From: a virus
Taxonomy: Duplodnaviria > Caudoviricetes
Direction: 5' to 3' (one strand)
Length of the DNA stretch: 64,000 nucleotides
Virus record (IMG/VR): IMGVR_UViG_3300037183_000082
Location: 16,635-80,634 of that record
The position numbers and the translations under genes were made by a program. Position 1 is the stretch's first letter, and each line of letters starts with the position of its first letter. The notes below the pieces were generated by a model. The model worked only from the letters and a program-made list of their open reading frames with translations, searched no databases and was not told the DNA's origin. Shown here in pieces: positions 18,579 to 27,347 of the stretch.

Positions 18579-20004
18579 AGACGAAGAAACGGACGAGCTG
18601 CAGCTCGACGACCCGGAGCCTGTTGAAAGCCCTGCCAATCTGGCGTTTTCGCCGAAACAGAAGGCCGCGCTCGATGTGCTCTTGAACACCCGAGACAACG
18701 TGCTTCTCACGGGCGTCGCAGGCTGCGGTAAGAGCACCATCATCCGCGAGTTTTTGCGGCAGATGGCTTTGCGCAAGGCGGAGACAGGCACGGGGCGCCT
18801 GCCCGTGGTGTGTGCACCGACCGGCATCGCGGCCCTCAACGTGGGCGGCACGACGATCCACAAGCTGTTCGGGCTCGGCATCGACTTCGACGTGACGCGG
18901 CCCAAGCTCAGCAATCGCGCGCTCGGGATCCTCGGCTACATCGACACGATCATCATCGACGAGATCTCGATGGTCCGCTCGGATCTGTTTCACATGATGG
19001 ACATCGCGCTCAAGCGCGCGAACAGCAACACGCGCCCGTTCGGCGGAACGCGGATCATCATGGTGGGCGACCCGTACCAGCTGCCGCCCGTCGTAAAGCG
19101 GCAAGAGGCGCAGTTTCTAGAGACGAACTACGGCACCGCGGCGGGCTGGTGTTTTCTCTCGCCGCAATTCGAGACGCTCAACCCTCGGGTGTTCTACCTG
19201 CAGGACTCGTTTCGACAGGCCGATACAACGTTCGTTGACCTGCTCAACCGCGTGCGAGACAAGGACCTGAGCGCGGTCTCTGCGCTGAACGCCATCGCGC
19301 GCAGCCACGAGCTTGCGCCTGAGACGGTGCCCTGGCTGTGCTCCTACAAGGCGGACATGGACGTCCGCAACTACAAGATGCTGCGCGCGCTTGACGAGCA
19401 AATCGGCACCATCCGGCCGGATCTGGAAGGCGACACTAGCTCGGCGCCGAAAGAGATTCTCGAACCCGTCGAGCTGGCCATCGGCGCGCGCGTCATGATT
19501 ACCAAGAACGCACAGGGTTGGGAGGGTGCGCCGCCGGAGTACGTGAACGGCTCGCTCGGCTGGGTCGAGGACTTTTCGGCGACCGCCTACGTCTGGAAGA
19601 AAGACGATGACGGTAACTGGGCGAAGTCGCCCAAAGACGCCATCGGTGTGCGGCTCGACAGCGGCGTGGTAGTGAACGTGCCTGCGTTCGAGTACGAGCT
19701 GACGAAGCTGGAGCCGAACAGCAAGACGGCTGAGCTTGAAAAGGTTCGCGTCGGCGCTGTGCGGCAGTACCCGTTGACGCTGGCCTGGGCCATCACCATC
19801 CACAAAGCCCAAGGCATGGGCTTCGATGCCGCAGTCGTGAACCTCGGCGAGCGCGGCGCCTTCGCACACGGGCAGGCCTACGTCGCGCTGAGCCGACTCA
19901 AGAGCGCGCAGGGCCTGTACTTGCGCCACCCGCTCATGAAGCGCGACCTTCAATGCGACGCGAACGTGCCGAAGTTCCTGGCCCCTTACGCGGTAGGTGC
20001 GTGA
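18571..20004 (+). CDS. PIF1/RecD-like SF1B DNA helicase
   Basis: GVAGCGKS, APTGIAA, IDEISM, GDPYQLPPV, YPLTLAWAITIHKAQG, GQAYVALSR. Confidence 0.93.
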   Translation: MFEDEETDELQLDDPEPVESPANLAFSPKQKAALDVLLNTRDNVLLTGVAGCGKSTIIREFLRQMALRKAETGTGRLPVVCAPTGIAALNVGGTTIHKLFGLGIDFDVTRPKLSNRALGILGYIDTIIIDEISMVRSDLFHMMDIALKRANSNTRPFGGTRIIMVGDPYQLPPVVKRQEAQFLETNYGTAAGWCFLSPQFETLNPRVFYLQDSFRQADTTFVDLLNRVRDKDLSAVSALNAIARSHELAPETVPWLCSYKADMDVRNYKMLRALDEQIGTIRPDLEGDTSSAPKEILEPVELAIGARVMITKNAQGWEGAPPEYVNGSLGWVEDFSATAYVWKKDDDGNWAKSPKDAIGVRLDSGVVVNVPAFEYELTKLEPNSKTAELEKVRVGAVRQYPLTLAWAITIHKAQGMGFDAAVVNLGERGAFAHGQAYVALSRLKSAQGLYLRHPLMKRDLQCDANVPKFLAPYAVGA

Positions 20005-20219
20005 TGGCAAAGTTCGATATCACGGCGCACGTGACGATCTCGATCTACAAGACGGTCGAGGCCAAGAACGAAAAGCAAGCGCGCACCAAAGCGCTGGAGC
20101 TGGAGTTGCCGAACCTGTGCCACCAGTGTGCGGGGGCAGGCGAAGGCGATCCTGATGTCTGGGAGCTGACTGGCGAGCTGGACGGCGAACCGCAGATCCA
20201 GAAAATTGAGGCGATGTGA
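20004..20219 (+). CDS. hypothetical protein
   Basis: TGATG-coupled ORF. Confidence 0.65.
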   Translation: MAKFDITAHVTISIYKTVEAKNEKQARTKALELELPNLCHQCAGAGEGDPDVWELTGELDGEPQIQKIEAM

Positions 20220-20398
20220 TGCCGCCCACAACGCACTGCGCTTGCGGCGTCGAGCTGCCGACGCACATCGCCAAGCACGTGCCGACGCGCGTTCGCTACG
20301 AGCACACGTGTTCGTGCAGGCGGCGCTGGAAGTACGTCGATGCCGTCTGGGTACAGAAGATCGGCGAAGGCGGCCTGTTTCATGGCAACCGCGCATGA
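20219..20398 (+). CDS. small Cys-containing hypothetical protein
   Basis: TGATG-coupled ORF. Confidence 0.5.
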   Translation: MPPTTHCACGVELPTHIAKHVPTRVRYEHTCSCRRRWKYVDAVWVQKIGEGGLFHGNRA

Positions 20399-20892
20399 GT
20401 GACAAGTTGCGCGTTCGGCCGTGGACGGTGAAGCGTGAGCAAGCGCTCGCGTTTGTAGGTCAAGTTCACCGTCGCCGACCTCGCGTGCAAGGCGCGATGT
20501 GGTGCGTGTCTGTTCGATGCGGATCGGAGATTGTTGGTGTTGCACTCGTGGGCTGGCCAGCCATGGCGTGGACGGACGGTGAGATCGACACACTCTGCGT
20601 TCTGCGCGTTGCCGTCAAAGAGGGCTTCAAGAACGCGTGCTCGAAGCTCTACGGGTCGTGCTGGCGTGCCGCACGGGCGATGGGCGCAGAGAGTATGGTC
20701 ACGTACACAGACCTCGACGAGCCGGGGACGTCGTTACGCGCCGCTGGCTGGGTTGAGGATGGCACGACCGCGGGTGGTGAATGGACCAGGCCATCGCGTC
20801 GAAGGAAGGGCGCCGTAAACGCCGATCCGAAGCGCCGTTGGTGGGCGCCCGGGAGCGCGCGCATTCCGGCGCGTGTTGGGAGCAAAGCATGA
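20395..20892 (+). CDS. XF1762/Mom-like GNAT-family DNA-modification protein
   Basis: A.AFV..HR, GVALVGWP, RVAV..KNACSKLY..RAA.AMG..TYT..EPGTSLRAAGW. Confidence 0.75.
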   Translation: MSDKLRVRPWTVKREQALAFVGQVHRRRPRVQGAMWCVSVRCGSEIVGVALVGWPAMAWTDGEIDTLCVLRVAVKEGFKNACSKLYGSCWRAARAMGAESMVTYTDLDEPGTSLRAAGWVEDGTTAGGEWTRPSRRRKGAVNADPKRRWWAPGSARIPARVGSKA

Positions 20893-21425
20893 CTGCGCGA
20901 AAGCCCGTGCCCCTTCCGCCGCCGAGCGCGCACCACCCTGATGCGTGGTTGAAGCTCGCCGAGGCTGCGCCTTACTTGCGCATGACGCCCGGCGAGCTGC
21001 GCAAGAACGTGGCGAAGGGTCTGATCAAACCAGATGGTGTGGGATCACACAGCACGTGGCTTTTCAAGGTCCGAACGCTTGACCAGTTTGTGACAGACCG
21101 TCTGAAGCGCTACACCGACTCTATCCAGGAGTCGGACAGTGCGAATCAAAACGACCAAAACCCGGTTCTCGGGCGTGTACAGCGCGGACGAGCGGCCAGG
21201 GTTCTACCGAGTGTGGGGACAGACCGAGGACAAGAAAACGGGCCTGAAGCTGACGCTCGACAAGATCATCGAAGCGCGGAGCCCGCTCGACGCGAACCGG
21301 CAGCGGACAGAGCTGCTCGCAAAGCTCGACGTGCGGGAGCAAGAGAAGACACGAAAGCGCCTGTCCGATTACGTGGAATCGTGGCTGCGTACCAAGCTGC
21401 CAAAGGTAAAGGCGTCGACCGCTAG
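20889..21425 (+). CDS. excisionase-like HTH protein (3' part overlaps int; real domain within the first ~75 aa)
   Basis: WLKLAEAAPYLRMT..ELRK HTH directly upstream of integrase. Confidence 0.65.
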   Translation: MTARKPVPLPPPSAHHPDAWLKLAEAAPYLRMTPGELRKNVAKGLIKPDGVGSHSTWLFKVRTLDQFVTDRLKRYTDSIQESDSANQNDQNPVLGRVQRGRAARVLPSVGTDRGQENGPEADARQDHRSAEPARREPAADRAARKARRAGAREDTKAPVRLRGIVAAYQAAKGKGVDR

Positions 21426-22398
21426 CCTCTACGCGACCGTGATCGACGAGCACATCCTTCCCGTGCTCGGCGACTTCTACCTCGACGCCATCACGCGAGA
21501 CGACGTGCTCGACTGGCGCGACGCGATGAGCGCAAAGCAGCTCCTCGACCCGGTGGGCCGTCCTGTGTTCAACGTAGATGGCACGCCGCGCCTTCCGCAG
21601 CCCGTCACCGTGAACGGGCGCTACCGCGTGCTCAAGACGTTGCTGCTCGATGCTGTGGTCGATGAGAAGCTCGACCGCGACCCGACCTCGCGCGTGTCCG
21701 CCATTCGCGAGAACACCGCGACGGGCGAGGACACGGACGAGGGCGGCGGCAAGAGCATCACCGCGGCCGAGCTTGCCTCGCTGCTCACCCAAGCCCAGGC
21801 CGCGACGCCGGGGTGGTACCCGTTCTTTTTCGTGCTCGCGTTCACGGGCTTGCGCTTCGGCGAGATCACGGCGCTCAAGTGGCGCGACCTCGACGAGGAC
21901 GCCGGCAAGCTCTGGGTCCGGCGCGCGCAGTGGAAGGGCATCGTCGACACGGTCAAGAACAACAAGCCGCGCACGGTGCCCCTCATGCCCGAGCTGCTCG
22001 CCGTGTTCGAGCAGCACCGGGCGGCCCAGCATGCCGCGATGACCAAGCGCCTGAAGCGACAGCGCGTGCCCGACCTCGCGTCTGCCAACCCCGGGGACTG
22101 GATCTTCCCCTCGCGGCAGCCGGGCAAGCTCCTGCACAGCACAGCTCCCAGGAAGCCCCTCGCGCTCGCTACCTCAAAGGCGGGCGTCGAGCCAGGATTT
22201 ACAATTCATGGCTTCCGCCACACCTTCAACAACCTGGTCCGCCAGGTCGCCGAGCTGAACGGCCAGACCATCGTGCTGCAGGCCATGACGGGCCATTCGA
22301 GCGACCAGATGACCGAGCACTACAGCCAGGTGGGCATCGAGGAAAAGCGCCGTGCGGTGGGCGGCCTTCTGCGCCTGGTCCAGGGCGGCGCTCCGTAA
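21139..22398 (+). CDS. int: tyrosine integrase
   Basis: AFTGLRFGEI, HGFRH, GH..MTEHY catalytic residues; AGGAG RBS; adjacent attP. Confidence 0.95.
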   Translation: MRIKTTKTRFSGVYSADERPGFYRVWGQTEDKKTGLKLTLDKIIEARSPLDANRQRTELLAKLDVREQEKTRKRLSDYVESWLRTKLPKVKASTASLYATVIDEHILPVLGDFYLDAITRDDVLDWRDAMSAKQLLDPVGRPVFNVDGTPRLPQPVTVNGRYRVLKTLLLDAVVDEKLDRDPTSRVSAIRENTATGEDTDEGGGKSITAAELASLLTQAQAATPGWYPFFFVLAFTGLRFGEITALKWRDLDEDAGKLWVRRAQWKGIVDTVKNNKPRTVPLMPELLAVFEQHRAAQHAAMTKRLKRQRVPDLASANPGDWIFPSRQPGKLLHSTAPRKPLALATSKAGVEPGFTIHGFRHTFNNLVRQVAELNGQTIVLQAMTGHSSDQMTEHYSQVGIEEKRRAVGGLLRLVQGGAP

Positions 22399-22449
22399 AG
22401 TTTGGAACGGGTTTGGAACTTGGTGCTTTCGGGGGCTCGGCTGAAAAGC

Positions 22450-22476
22450 AAAAACCCCGCTTTTGACGGGGTTTTT
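22450..22476. terminator. bidirectional intrinsic terminator
   Basis: AAAAACCCCG-loop-CGGGGTTTTT between int stop and the tRNA-derived CCA end. Confidence 0.85.
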
Positions 22477-22521
22477 TGGTCGGGGTGACGGGATTTGAAC
22501 CCATGACATCTAGCTCCCAAA
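22477..22521 (-). other. attP core = 3' half of tRNA-Pro(TGG)
   Basis: minus strand TTTGGGAGCTAGATGTCATGGGTTCAAATCCCGTCACCCCGACCA has anticodon loop, T-arm and CCA; no 5' half. Confidence 0.88.
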
Positions 22522-22670
22522 TACTCCCGACGGCCCCAGAACCATTGCGAGTTTTCGAGCTAACTCCCGGGAATTTCGCGGTTCTGCTGGCCCAGTCTGC
22601 GCCGTGCTGTCCCAGGCTGTTCCAAGCGTTTCCGGTCAGAAGTTTGGAACTTTTTTGGAACGTCCAAGGG

Positions 22671-22862
22671 TCACGGCCTGTCGCCAGTGAGGTCGGGTTG
22701 GTACCGTGAGACGCCGCTCTTTGCGACCACGCCGACACGCCGCTTGAGGCCCATCTTCCGGGTGAGGAATCGAACGCGCACCGTCCTGTCGTTGACCGAG
22801 TCGAGGATCTCCACGGGGATCGCATTCACGCCTCGGTAAATCCAACCTTTGACCATTGTCAT
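22671..22862 (-). CDS. small hypothetical protein
   Basis: coupled minus-strand operon. Confidence 0.55.
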   Translation of the reverse strand: MTMVKGWIYRGVNAIPVEILDSVNDRTVRVRFLTRKMGLKRRVGVVAKSGVSRYQPDLTGDRP

Positions 22863-23053
22863 TGCACCTTTCTGTTGCGTTCCTGCTCGGCGACGATGTG
22901 CTGGCTACGTCCTGTGTCCTTGGCGATCTGCTCCCAGGTCGCGCAGCGGTCCTTGCACAGCCAGATGCGGCGCATGCCGTACTCGTCGCAGCTTTCGATC
23001 AGCTCGCCGATGGAGGCCCCGCACTTGTCGCAGCGCTTGGTGGTGCGCGTCAT
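22859..23053 (-). CDS. small Zn-finger-like protein
   Basis: CDKCG...C...C; ATGA coupling. Confidence 0.55.
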   Translation of the reverse strand: MTRTTKRCDKCGASIGELIESCDEYGMRRIWLCKDRCATWEQIAKDTGRSQHIVAEQERNRKVQ

Positions 23054-23256
23054 CGAGACAGCGATAGCGCAGGTCGCTGCGTCTTGGGAAGGGCAATGCC
23101 GCACCAAGGGCAGTACGCGATCAAGCGTTTCGTGCCGCCCATCTCCACCTGCCACGCCCAGTTGCCGGCGAAAGCTGTGACACGCAGGTGCGTGGTTGCA
23201 CCGGGGCAGCACGTGTGGGGGGCGGGCTTCGCAAGCGGGTTGGCGCGGGTCCTCAT
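23050..23256 (-). CDS. small Cys-rich protein
   Basis: CC...IAYCPWCG motif. Confidence 0.6.
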   Translation of the reverse strand: MRTRANPLAKPAPHTCCPGATTHLRVTAFAGNWAWQVEMGGTKRLIAYCPWCGIALPKTQRPALSLSR

Positions 23257-23465
23257 GCGTTGCCTGTGTGGCAGACGTTGAAAACGCTGGTTGGCGTCAC
23301 GACCGCAGTGGTACCCGGGCTGAGGGTCTCGCCCAGCCTGTGTTTGTGCTCGGTCCATGCGTGCGTGATGCTCGGCATGCCTTTCATGTCCGCGAGCGCG
23401 ACCAGCTCCTCGTAGGAGATGACGCGGCCCGCTTCGCACGAAACCTCTTTGCCGTTGATGCGCAC
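23253..23465 (-). CDS. stand-alone ubiquitin-like (multi-ubiquitin-domain-type) protein
   Basis: RINGKEV..ISYEELVALA..SIT..G.TL.PG..V..VFNV..T pattern; GTG start with GAGGGG RBS. Confidence 0.65.
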   Translation of the reverse strand: MRINGKEVSCEAGRVISYEELVALADMKGMPSITHAWTEHKHRLGETLSPGTTAVVTPTSVFNVCHTGNA

Positions 23466-23617
23466 TGGCTCGGGCCCCTCGCCCCCATTAGACCGAGGGC
23501 ACCTGGCAGCCGGGCGCACCGTCGGGGGTGGGGGAAGGGATTCCCGCCGACCACTTGGTGTTGCAAACAAAAGCCTAGGCCCGAAGGGCCCGGCCCGTCA
23601 AGGCTGCCCAGGTCTCG

Positions 23618-23626
23618 TGTTACTAT
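23618..23626 (+). promoter_or_regulatory. extended -10 box, probable leaderless promoter
   Basis: TG-T-TACTAT 6 nt before ATG 23633. Confidence 0.55.
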
Positions 23627-23632
23627 TGGAGG

Positions 23633-23902
23633 ATGTCGAACCCGCGCACGTTGAACTTTCGGATCGATGACGAGCTGTACCAACAGCTGTCGGATGCCGT
23701 TGCCGAGCACGGGGGCTCGCAGTCGCTCGTGGCACGGCAGCTCTTGCGGGCGGCGCTGAACACACCCAAGACGCGCGCTGTCGCAGCCGAGCTTACCTTT
23801 GCGACGGTCGCCGCACAGAAGCGCGCGCTCAACCGCGTCACCGAGATCGTGCAAGCGTACTTGCCCAAGCTGATCGCCGAGGAAACTTCTGGAATGGGTT
23901 AG
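23633..23902 (+). CDS. ribbon-helix-helix (CopG/Arc-like) regulator
   Basis: RTLNFRIDDELYQQL..A..S.SLVARQLLRAAL. Confidence 0.7.
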   Translation: MSNPRTLNFRIDDELYQQLSDAVAEHGGSQSLVARQLLRAALNTPKTRAVAAELTFATVAAQKRALNRVTEIVQAYLPKLIAEETSGMG

Positions 23903-23903
23903 G

Positions 23904-24263
23904 ATGGATCGTATGTCCCAGGCCGCCGTCCAGAGCCCGCCCCGCACTTTGCGCGTCAGCCCGAGCACGACTCTCGTGCCCGCCGCCGGTGCGCCGCGGA
24001 TGGTCTCTCGGAGCCCGGGACAACCCCTTCCTGCGCCGGCTTCCTTCAAAGGGATGCCGAGCGCTCCGTACCAGCTCGTGCAGGGCGTTCCCGGATCGTG
24101 GCGCGGCATTGTGCAAGCAACGTTGCTGCGCGGTGTGCTGATCGGGGGCGGCCTTTACATCGCGGGCGTGCGTTCGCCGACGCAACTCGGGCTCGGGGCG
24201 CTGGCGGCGAGCGGCACCCTCTCACTCCTTCAGGTGGCAAGTCATGCAGCAAGGGCTCGGTAA
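23904..24263 (+). CDS. small membrane protein
   Basis: C-terminal hydrophobic Gly-rich helices. Confidence 0.65.
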   Translation: MDRMSQAAVQSPPRTLRVSPSTTLVPAAGAPRMVSRSPGQPLPAPASFKGMPSAPYQLVQGVPGSWRGIVQATLLRGVLIGGGLYIAGVRSPTQLGLGALAASGTLSLLQVASHAARAR

Positions 24264-24657
24264 CGTCGTTCCGCTCGGTGCAGATGCTGCCGCGAACATC
24301 CCGGAGGGCTCGCCGCCGACGAGTTACGCCGCCTACGCGGTTGTGACGGGCGAGCGTGGTGCGTTGTTACGCTTCGCCGGCTTCACGCTTCTGCGCAGCC
24401 TGATCATCGCGCCCGGCGTGGCGCTCGCGGGCGTGCGCGGACGGCAGCTCGTGTGGGGCAGTCTCGCGGCGTCGGGCGTGATCAGCGCAGCTGCGCTCGG
24501 GTATGCCTACGCGAGTCGGAAGATGGCTCAGCCCAGCTCGGCGGACGTGTTGCAGCCGCTTCCGAATCCGCCGCCGCCCACGCCTGTCGACACGACTGGT
24601 GAGACGGTGTCGCAGCAACCTGCGGCCTCGACTCCGGGCGTCCAGGGCGCTTGGTAG
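24244..24657 (+). CDS. small membrane protein, similar in layout to upstream gene
   Basis: hydrophobic helices; N-terminal GLG motif. Confidence 0.7.
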   Translation: MQQGLGNVVPLGADAAANIPEGSPPTSYAAYAVVTGERGALLRFAGFTLLRSLIIAPGVALAGVRGRQLVWGSLAASGVISAAALGYAYASRKMAQPSSADVLQPLPNPPPPTPVDTTGETVSQQPAASTPGVQGAW

Positions 24658-24658
24658 C

Positions 24659-24892
24659 GTGGAGCACCTGCTCGACCAGCTGGCGTCGACAGGGCCGCTC
24701 GGGGTCGTGGCAGTCCTTGCGATCTGGACCTGTGGGCAGCTCTACCGGCAGCTGATCGCGTGCCAAGAAAAGCGCGTCACCGATATCGAGCGCGTCGTGA
24801 CTGTGGTGCACACTCTCACCGAGGGTTTGAATCAGAACACCGAGGTGATGCGTGACACGCTCAAAGAGCTGCGGGACCGCAGCCGGGGGTAG
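24659..24892 (+). CDS. holin-like small membrane protein
   Basis: single TM (GPLGVVAVLAIW) plus coiled coil; inference only. Confidence 0.5.
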   Translation: MEHLLDQLASTGPLGVVAVLAIWTCGQLYRQLIACQEKRVTDIERVVTVVHTLTEGLNQNTEVMRDTLKELRDRSRG

Positions 24893-24894
24893 TC

Positions 24895-25107
24895 ATGACC
24901 GAGCGCCCACCGCCGCCGCCCGAGAAGGAAAAGACGTCGCTGTGGCCGCTGCGCTTGCGCAAGGGCAGCTCGACGCACCCCGCTGTCGAAGCCGAGGCCA
25001 AGCTGGAGGAAGCGCTCGCGGCGCTCAAAGCGGCCAAGGACGAAAACGATGCGATGTACCGCGAGTTTTTCAGCGACGATGACGACTCCGGGGAGGGCAC
25101 CGCATGA
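24895..25107 (+). CDS. hypothetical protein
   Basis: 70-aa ORF in operon. Confidence 0.6.
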   Translation: MTERPPPPPEKEKTSLWPLRLRKGSSTHPAVEAEAKLEEALAALKAAKDENDAMYREFFSDDDDSGEGTA

Positions 25108-25274
25108 GCACGCTCGCGTTCGTGCGTCTCGTGCTGCCGGCGCTGTTCAGTCTCGCGGAAGATCTGTTCGCGCTCACCGAGGGTGACGCCACCGCAGCTG
25201 TGCTGGAGATCGAGGACTACCGAGCGCAGATCGCCACGCGTGTCGCGGCTCGAAGGAAGCCTCCACCCCCGTGA
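25104..25274 (+). CDS. small hypothetical protein (56 aa, not in ORF track)
   Basis: ATGA coupling; fills the gap exactly. Confidence 0.55.
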   Translation: MSTLAFVRLVLPALFSLAEDLFALTEGDATAAVLEIEDYRAQIATRVAARRKPPPP

Positions 25275-25280
25275 TACGAT
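25272..25280 (+). promoter_or_regulatory. extended -10 box, probable leaderless promoter
   Basis: TG-A-TACGAT 6 nt before ATG 25287. Confidence 0.6.
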
Positions 25281-25286
25281 TTTTCC

Positions 25287-25802
25287 ATGGCCAACATCGA
25301 CCCCAAAACCGTCTCCGACGCCGCCATCGAGACGTGGCGCCAAACCGCTCCCGGTGGCCCGGGGTATGACTCGGCGCGCAAGTGCTACTGCTGGGGCTTC
25401 CGGCCCGCGTACAAGGCCCAGCCGATTCAGATCATCGGTCTCGGCGCGCTTGGTGGCGACAAGTGGGGCTTTCTCGCCACGCAATGGTCGATCTGTCCTG
25501 ACAACACAGGGGCGTGCGCGTGCGCAGCGCCGCCACCCCCACCCAAGTGCCCGACCTGCCCCAAGTGCCCCAAGTGCGCAGCGCCGCAGCCCGCGGTGCA
25601 CTGCAAGACGTGCCCGGTCTGCGCAGCGCCGCAGCCTCCGCCGGCCCAGGCTGCGCCGCCCATGCTCGCACCCACGCCAGTCGCAGCGCCCCCCTCGAAG
25701 TGGGGCGTCACCATCGGTTGGCTCGTCGGCGCCGCGGTGGTTGGTGGCGGCGGGTACTTCATGTACAAAAAGGGCGCCTTCGGGAAAGGCAAGCGGCGAT
25801 GA
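25287..25802 (+). CDS. putative virion membrane protein (Cys/Pro-rich linker, C-terminal TM, basic tail)
   Basis: IIGLGALGG; CPxCPxC repeats; TM followed by KKGAFGKGKRR. Confidence 0.75.
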   Translation: MANIDPKTVSDAAIETWRQTAPGGPGYDSARKCYCWGFRPAYKAQPIQIIGLGALGGDKWGFLATQWSICPDNTGACACAAPPPPPKCPTCPKCPKCAAPQPAVHCKTCPVCAAPQPPPAQAAPPMLAPTPVAAPPSKWGVTIGWLVGAAVVGGGGYFMYKKGAFGKGKRR

Positions 25803-26017
25803 AACGCAAAAAACTCTGCCCTCACGGGGTGTCGAAGAAGACGGGTCGCTGTCTCAAACACAAGCGACGCGCGCCGGTGAAGCGTACACCTGTGCGACGC
25901 AGCTCGGGCTCGGGCTCGGGCTCGGGCTCGTTCATGACAACAGATCCAGATGTGATCGCGGCGTTGCAGAGCGCGGGCTGCAGCTACAATCGTGTCACGG
26001 GCATGTGGAAGTGCTGA
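25799..26017 (+). CDS. small basic protein
   Basis: MKRKKLCPHGVSKKTGRCLKH motif shared with 38001..38237. Confidence 0.7.
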   Translation: MKRKKLCPHGVSKKTGRCLKHKRRAPVKRTPVRRSSGSGSGSGSFMTTDPDVIAALQSAGCSYNRVTGMWKC

Positions 26018-26196
26018 AAACACGCGACAAGCGCACAGGGCAGTACGCGCACAACAAGATGGAAGTGCTCTGCGTGTGTGGCCATCCGCTCGCGGTTCAT
26101 GCAGCCGAAGTGGTCGGCGGCGCGCGCCCATGTTTCTCGGGCGATTTCACGGAAGAGGGGCACTGCGAGTGCGAGCGCTTCCGAAAGAAGCGCTGA
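26011..26196 (+). CDS. small Cys/His protein
   Basis: C.CGH...H...C...C.C pattern. Confidence 0.55.
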   Translation: MLKTRDKRTGQYAHNKMEVLCVCGHPLAVHAAEVVGGARPCFSGDFTEEGHCECERFRKKR

Positions 26197-26751
26197 TCAC
26201 TTCGAGGGCTTGGCGTTCGGGATTCGCGTCTGGTGCAGCTTGAGCTTGGTCTCGTGCACGGCGCCGACACCGAACAGCCGGTTGGGCGTGCCGCCCCGGC
26301 GCACAGTCCGTGCGACCCACCAAAAGCCGACGCCGATCGCGATCGTTCCTAGCCCCAGCAGACCCCAGAGCCACTTGCTTGACGTGCTCGTGTTCTCCCA
26401 GGTCGTGCCGAGACCTCGGAGCCCCGAGAACTTCTGGCCGTTGATTGAGCCGTAGTCGCCGGTGAGTGCGAAGACCCCCCGGCGCCAGGTCTGGAGCTGT
26501 TTGGCCAGGCCCTGCAGCGCAAAGGGGTTCGACTCGGCGGCCTCGATGTTCAGGTCGAGCTGGGCGCCCATGTTCTGCAGGCGCTGTTTGCCTGCAGCTT
26601 GCTCGTCACTCGTCGGGACGAACGCGGCCAGGCGCTGCAAGCCATCCGTAAAGGCTGCGCGCAGGGTGGCTGCGTCGTTGGGCAGAAGCTCGTTTGGCGC
26701 TGCCGCAGACGCGGGGAAGGTCTCGCTCGTGTTGCTGCGGTAGTCCGGCAT
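26197..26751 (-). CDS. putative virion membrane protein
   Basis: SGLRGLG motif, C-terminal TM; TAGACT 7 nt before ATG. Confidence 0.75.
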   Translation of the reverse strand: MPDYRSNTSETFPASAAAPNELLPNDAATLRAAFTDGLQRLAAFVPTSDEQAAGKQRLQNMGAQLDLNIEAAESNPFALQGLAKQLQTWRRGVFALTGDYGSINGQKFSGLRGLGTTWENTSTSSKWLWGLLGLGTIAIGVGFWWVARTVRRGGTPNRLFGVGAVHETKLKLHQTRIPNAKPSK

Positions 26752-26764
26752 GCCACCCAGTCTA

Positions 26765-27307
26765 CTACGCGACCAGGCGGTTTCGCTCGGCGATGGTCGA
26801 GCCCCGAAATGCTTGCTCTAGGCGCACGGGAACAGCCTGGGCGTGGGCCCAATCGTCCTTGTTCGAGAAGGTGTGCCCGGAGGTGAGCCCCTCCGCTTCG
26901 ACCGCAGCGATGAGGTCGCGCTTGAATGCAGCGCTCGCGTTCCAAAGGAGCTTGCGATCGACGATATCGACGGCGCCGCCGTACTCGTGCATGGAGTCGG
27001 AAACACCCGTACCGACCTGCACGAGGTGCGCCACACGCACAGGGCTGCGATACGCCTCGAACACGACTGCGTCATGCCCTCGCGCGCGCATGTACTGCAT
27101 GACGCGTTCGATCTTGTCTGCGAACGCGGGCAAGACACCTGACGGATCGCGGTAGATGCGATCGCCCCACTGATCGAGGCCGGGCGGCCGACCCCACGTC
27201 CAACGCGGTCCAGCTGCTTTGCGCCATAGCCACGTAGCAAGGGTCACAACCCCCACCATCCCTGCGATTGACCCGGCCCACAGCCAGCCGCTACGACGCG
27301 TCACCAT
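26765..27307 (-). CDS. M15-family peptidoglycan peptidase with N-terminal TM
   Basis: EAYRS, SMHEYGGAVDI, DWAH Zn-binding motifs. Confidence 0.8.
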   Translation of the reverse strand: MVTRRSGWLWAGSIAGMVGVVTLATWLWRKAAGPRWTWGRPPGLDQWGDRIYRDPSGVLPAFADKIERVMQYMRARGHDAVVFEAYRSPVRVAHLVQVGTGVSDSMHEYGGAVDIVDRKLLWNASAAFKRDLIAAVEAEGLTSGHTFSNKDDWAHAQAVPVRLEQAFRGSTIAERNRLVA

Positions 27308-27313
27308 GCTCCG

Positions 27314-27340
27314 AGGATACATGGCCGTCAGTGGTATTCT
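27314..27340. promoter_or_regulatory. back-to-back leaderless -10 boxes
   Basis: TATCCT (minus, 6 nt before ATG 27307) and TG-G-TATTCT (plus, 7 nt before ATG 27348). Confidence 0.6.
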
Positions 27341-27347
27341 GATGTCA

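Larger units (their letters stand above)
22400..22661. repeat. integrase arm-type sites (TTTGGAAC repeats) on both sides of the att core
   Basis: GTTTGGAAC at 22400, 22411, 22642; TTTGGAAC at 22654; inverted GTTCCAA at 22619. Confidence 0.75.

Noticed and set aside
21139-21425. Programmed Xis-Int frameshift fusion
   Set aside because: int has its own AGGAG RBS, no slippery site was seen, and long stop-free overlaps are common at this GC content
22477-22560. Complete tRNA-Pro gene
   Set aside because: 5' acceptor, D-arm and 5' anticodon stem are absent; it is an att core only
25902-25930. (GCTCGG)x4.8 repeat as a phase-variation switch
   Set aside because: Hexamer is in frame and only encodes an SG linker
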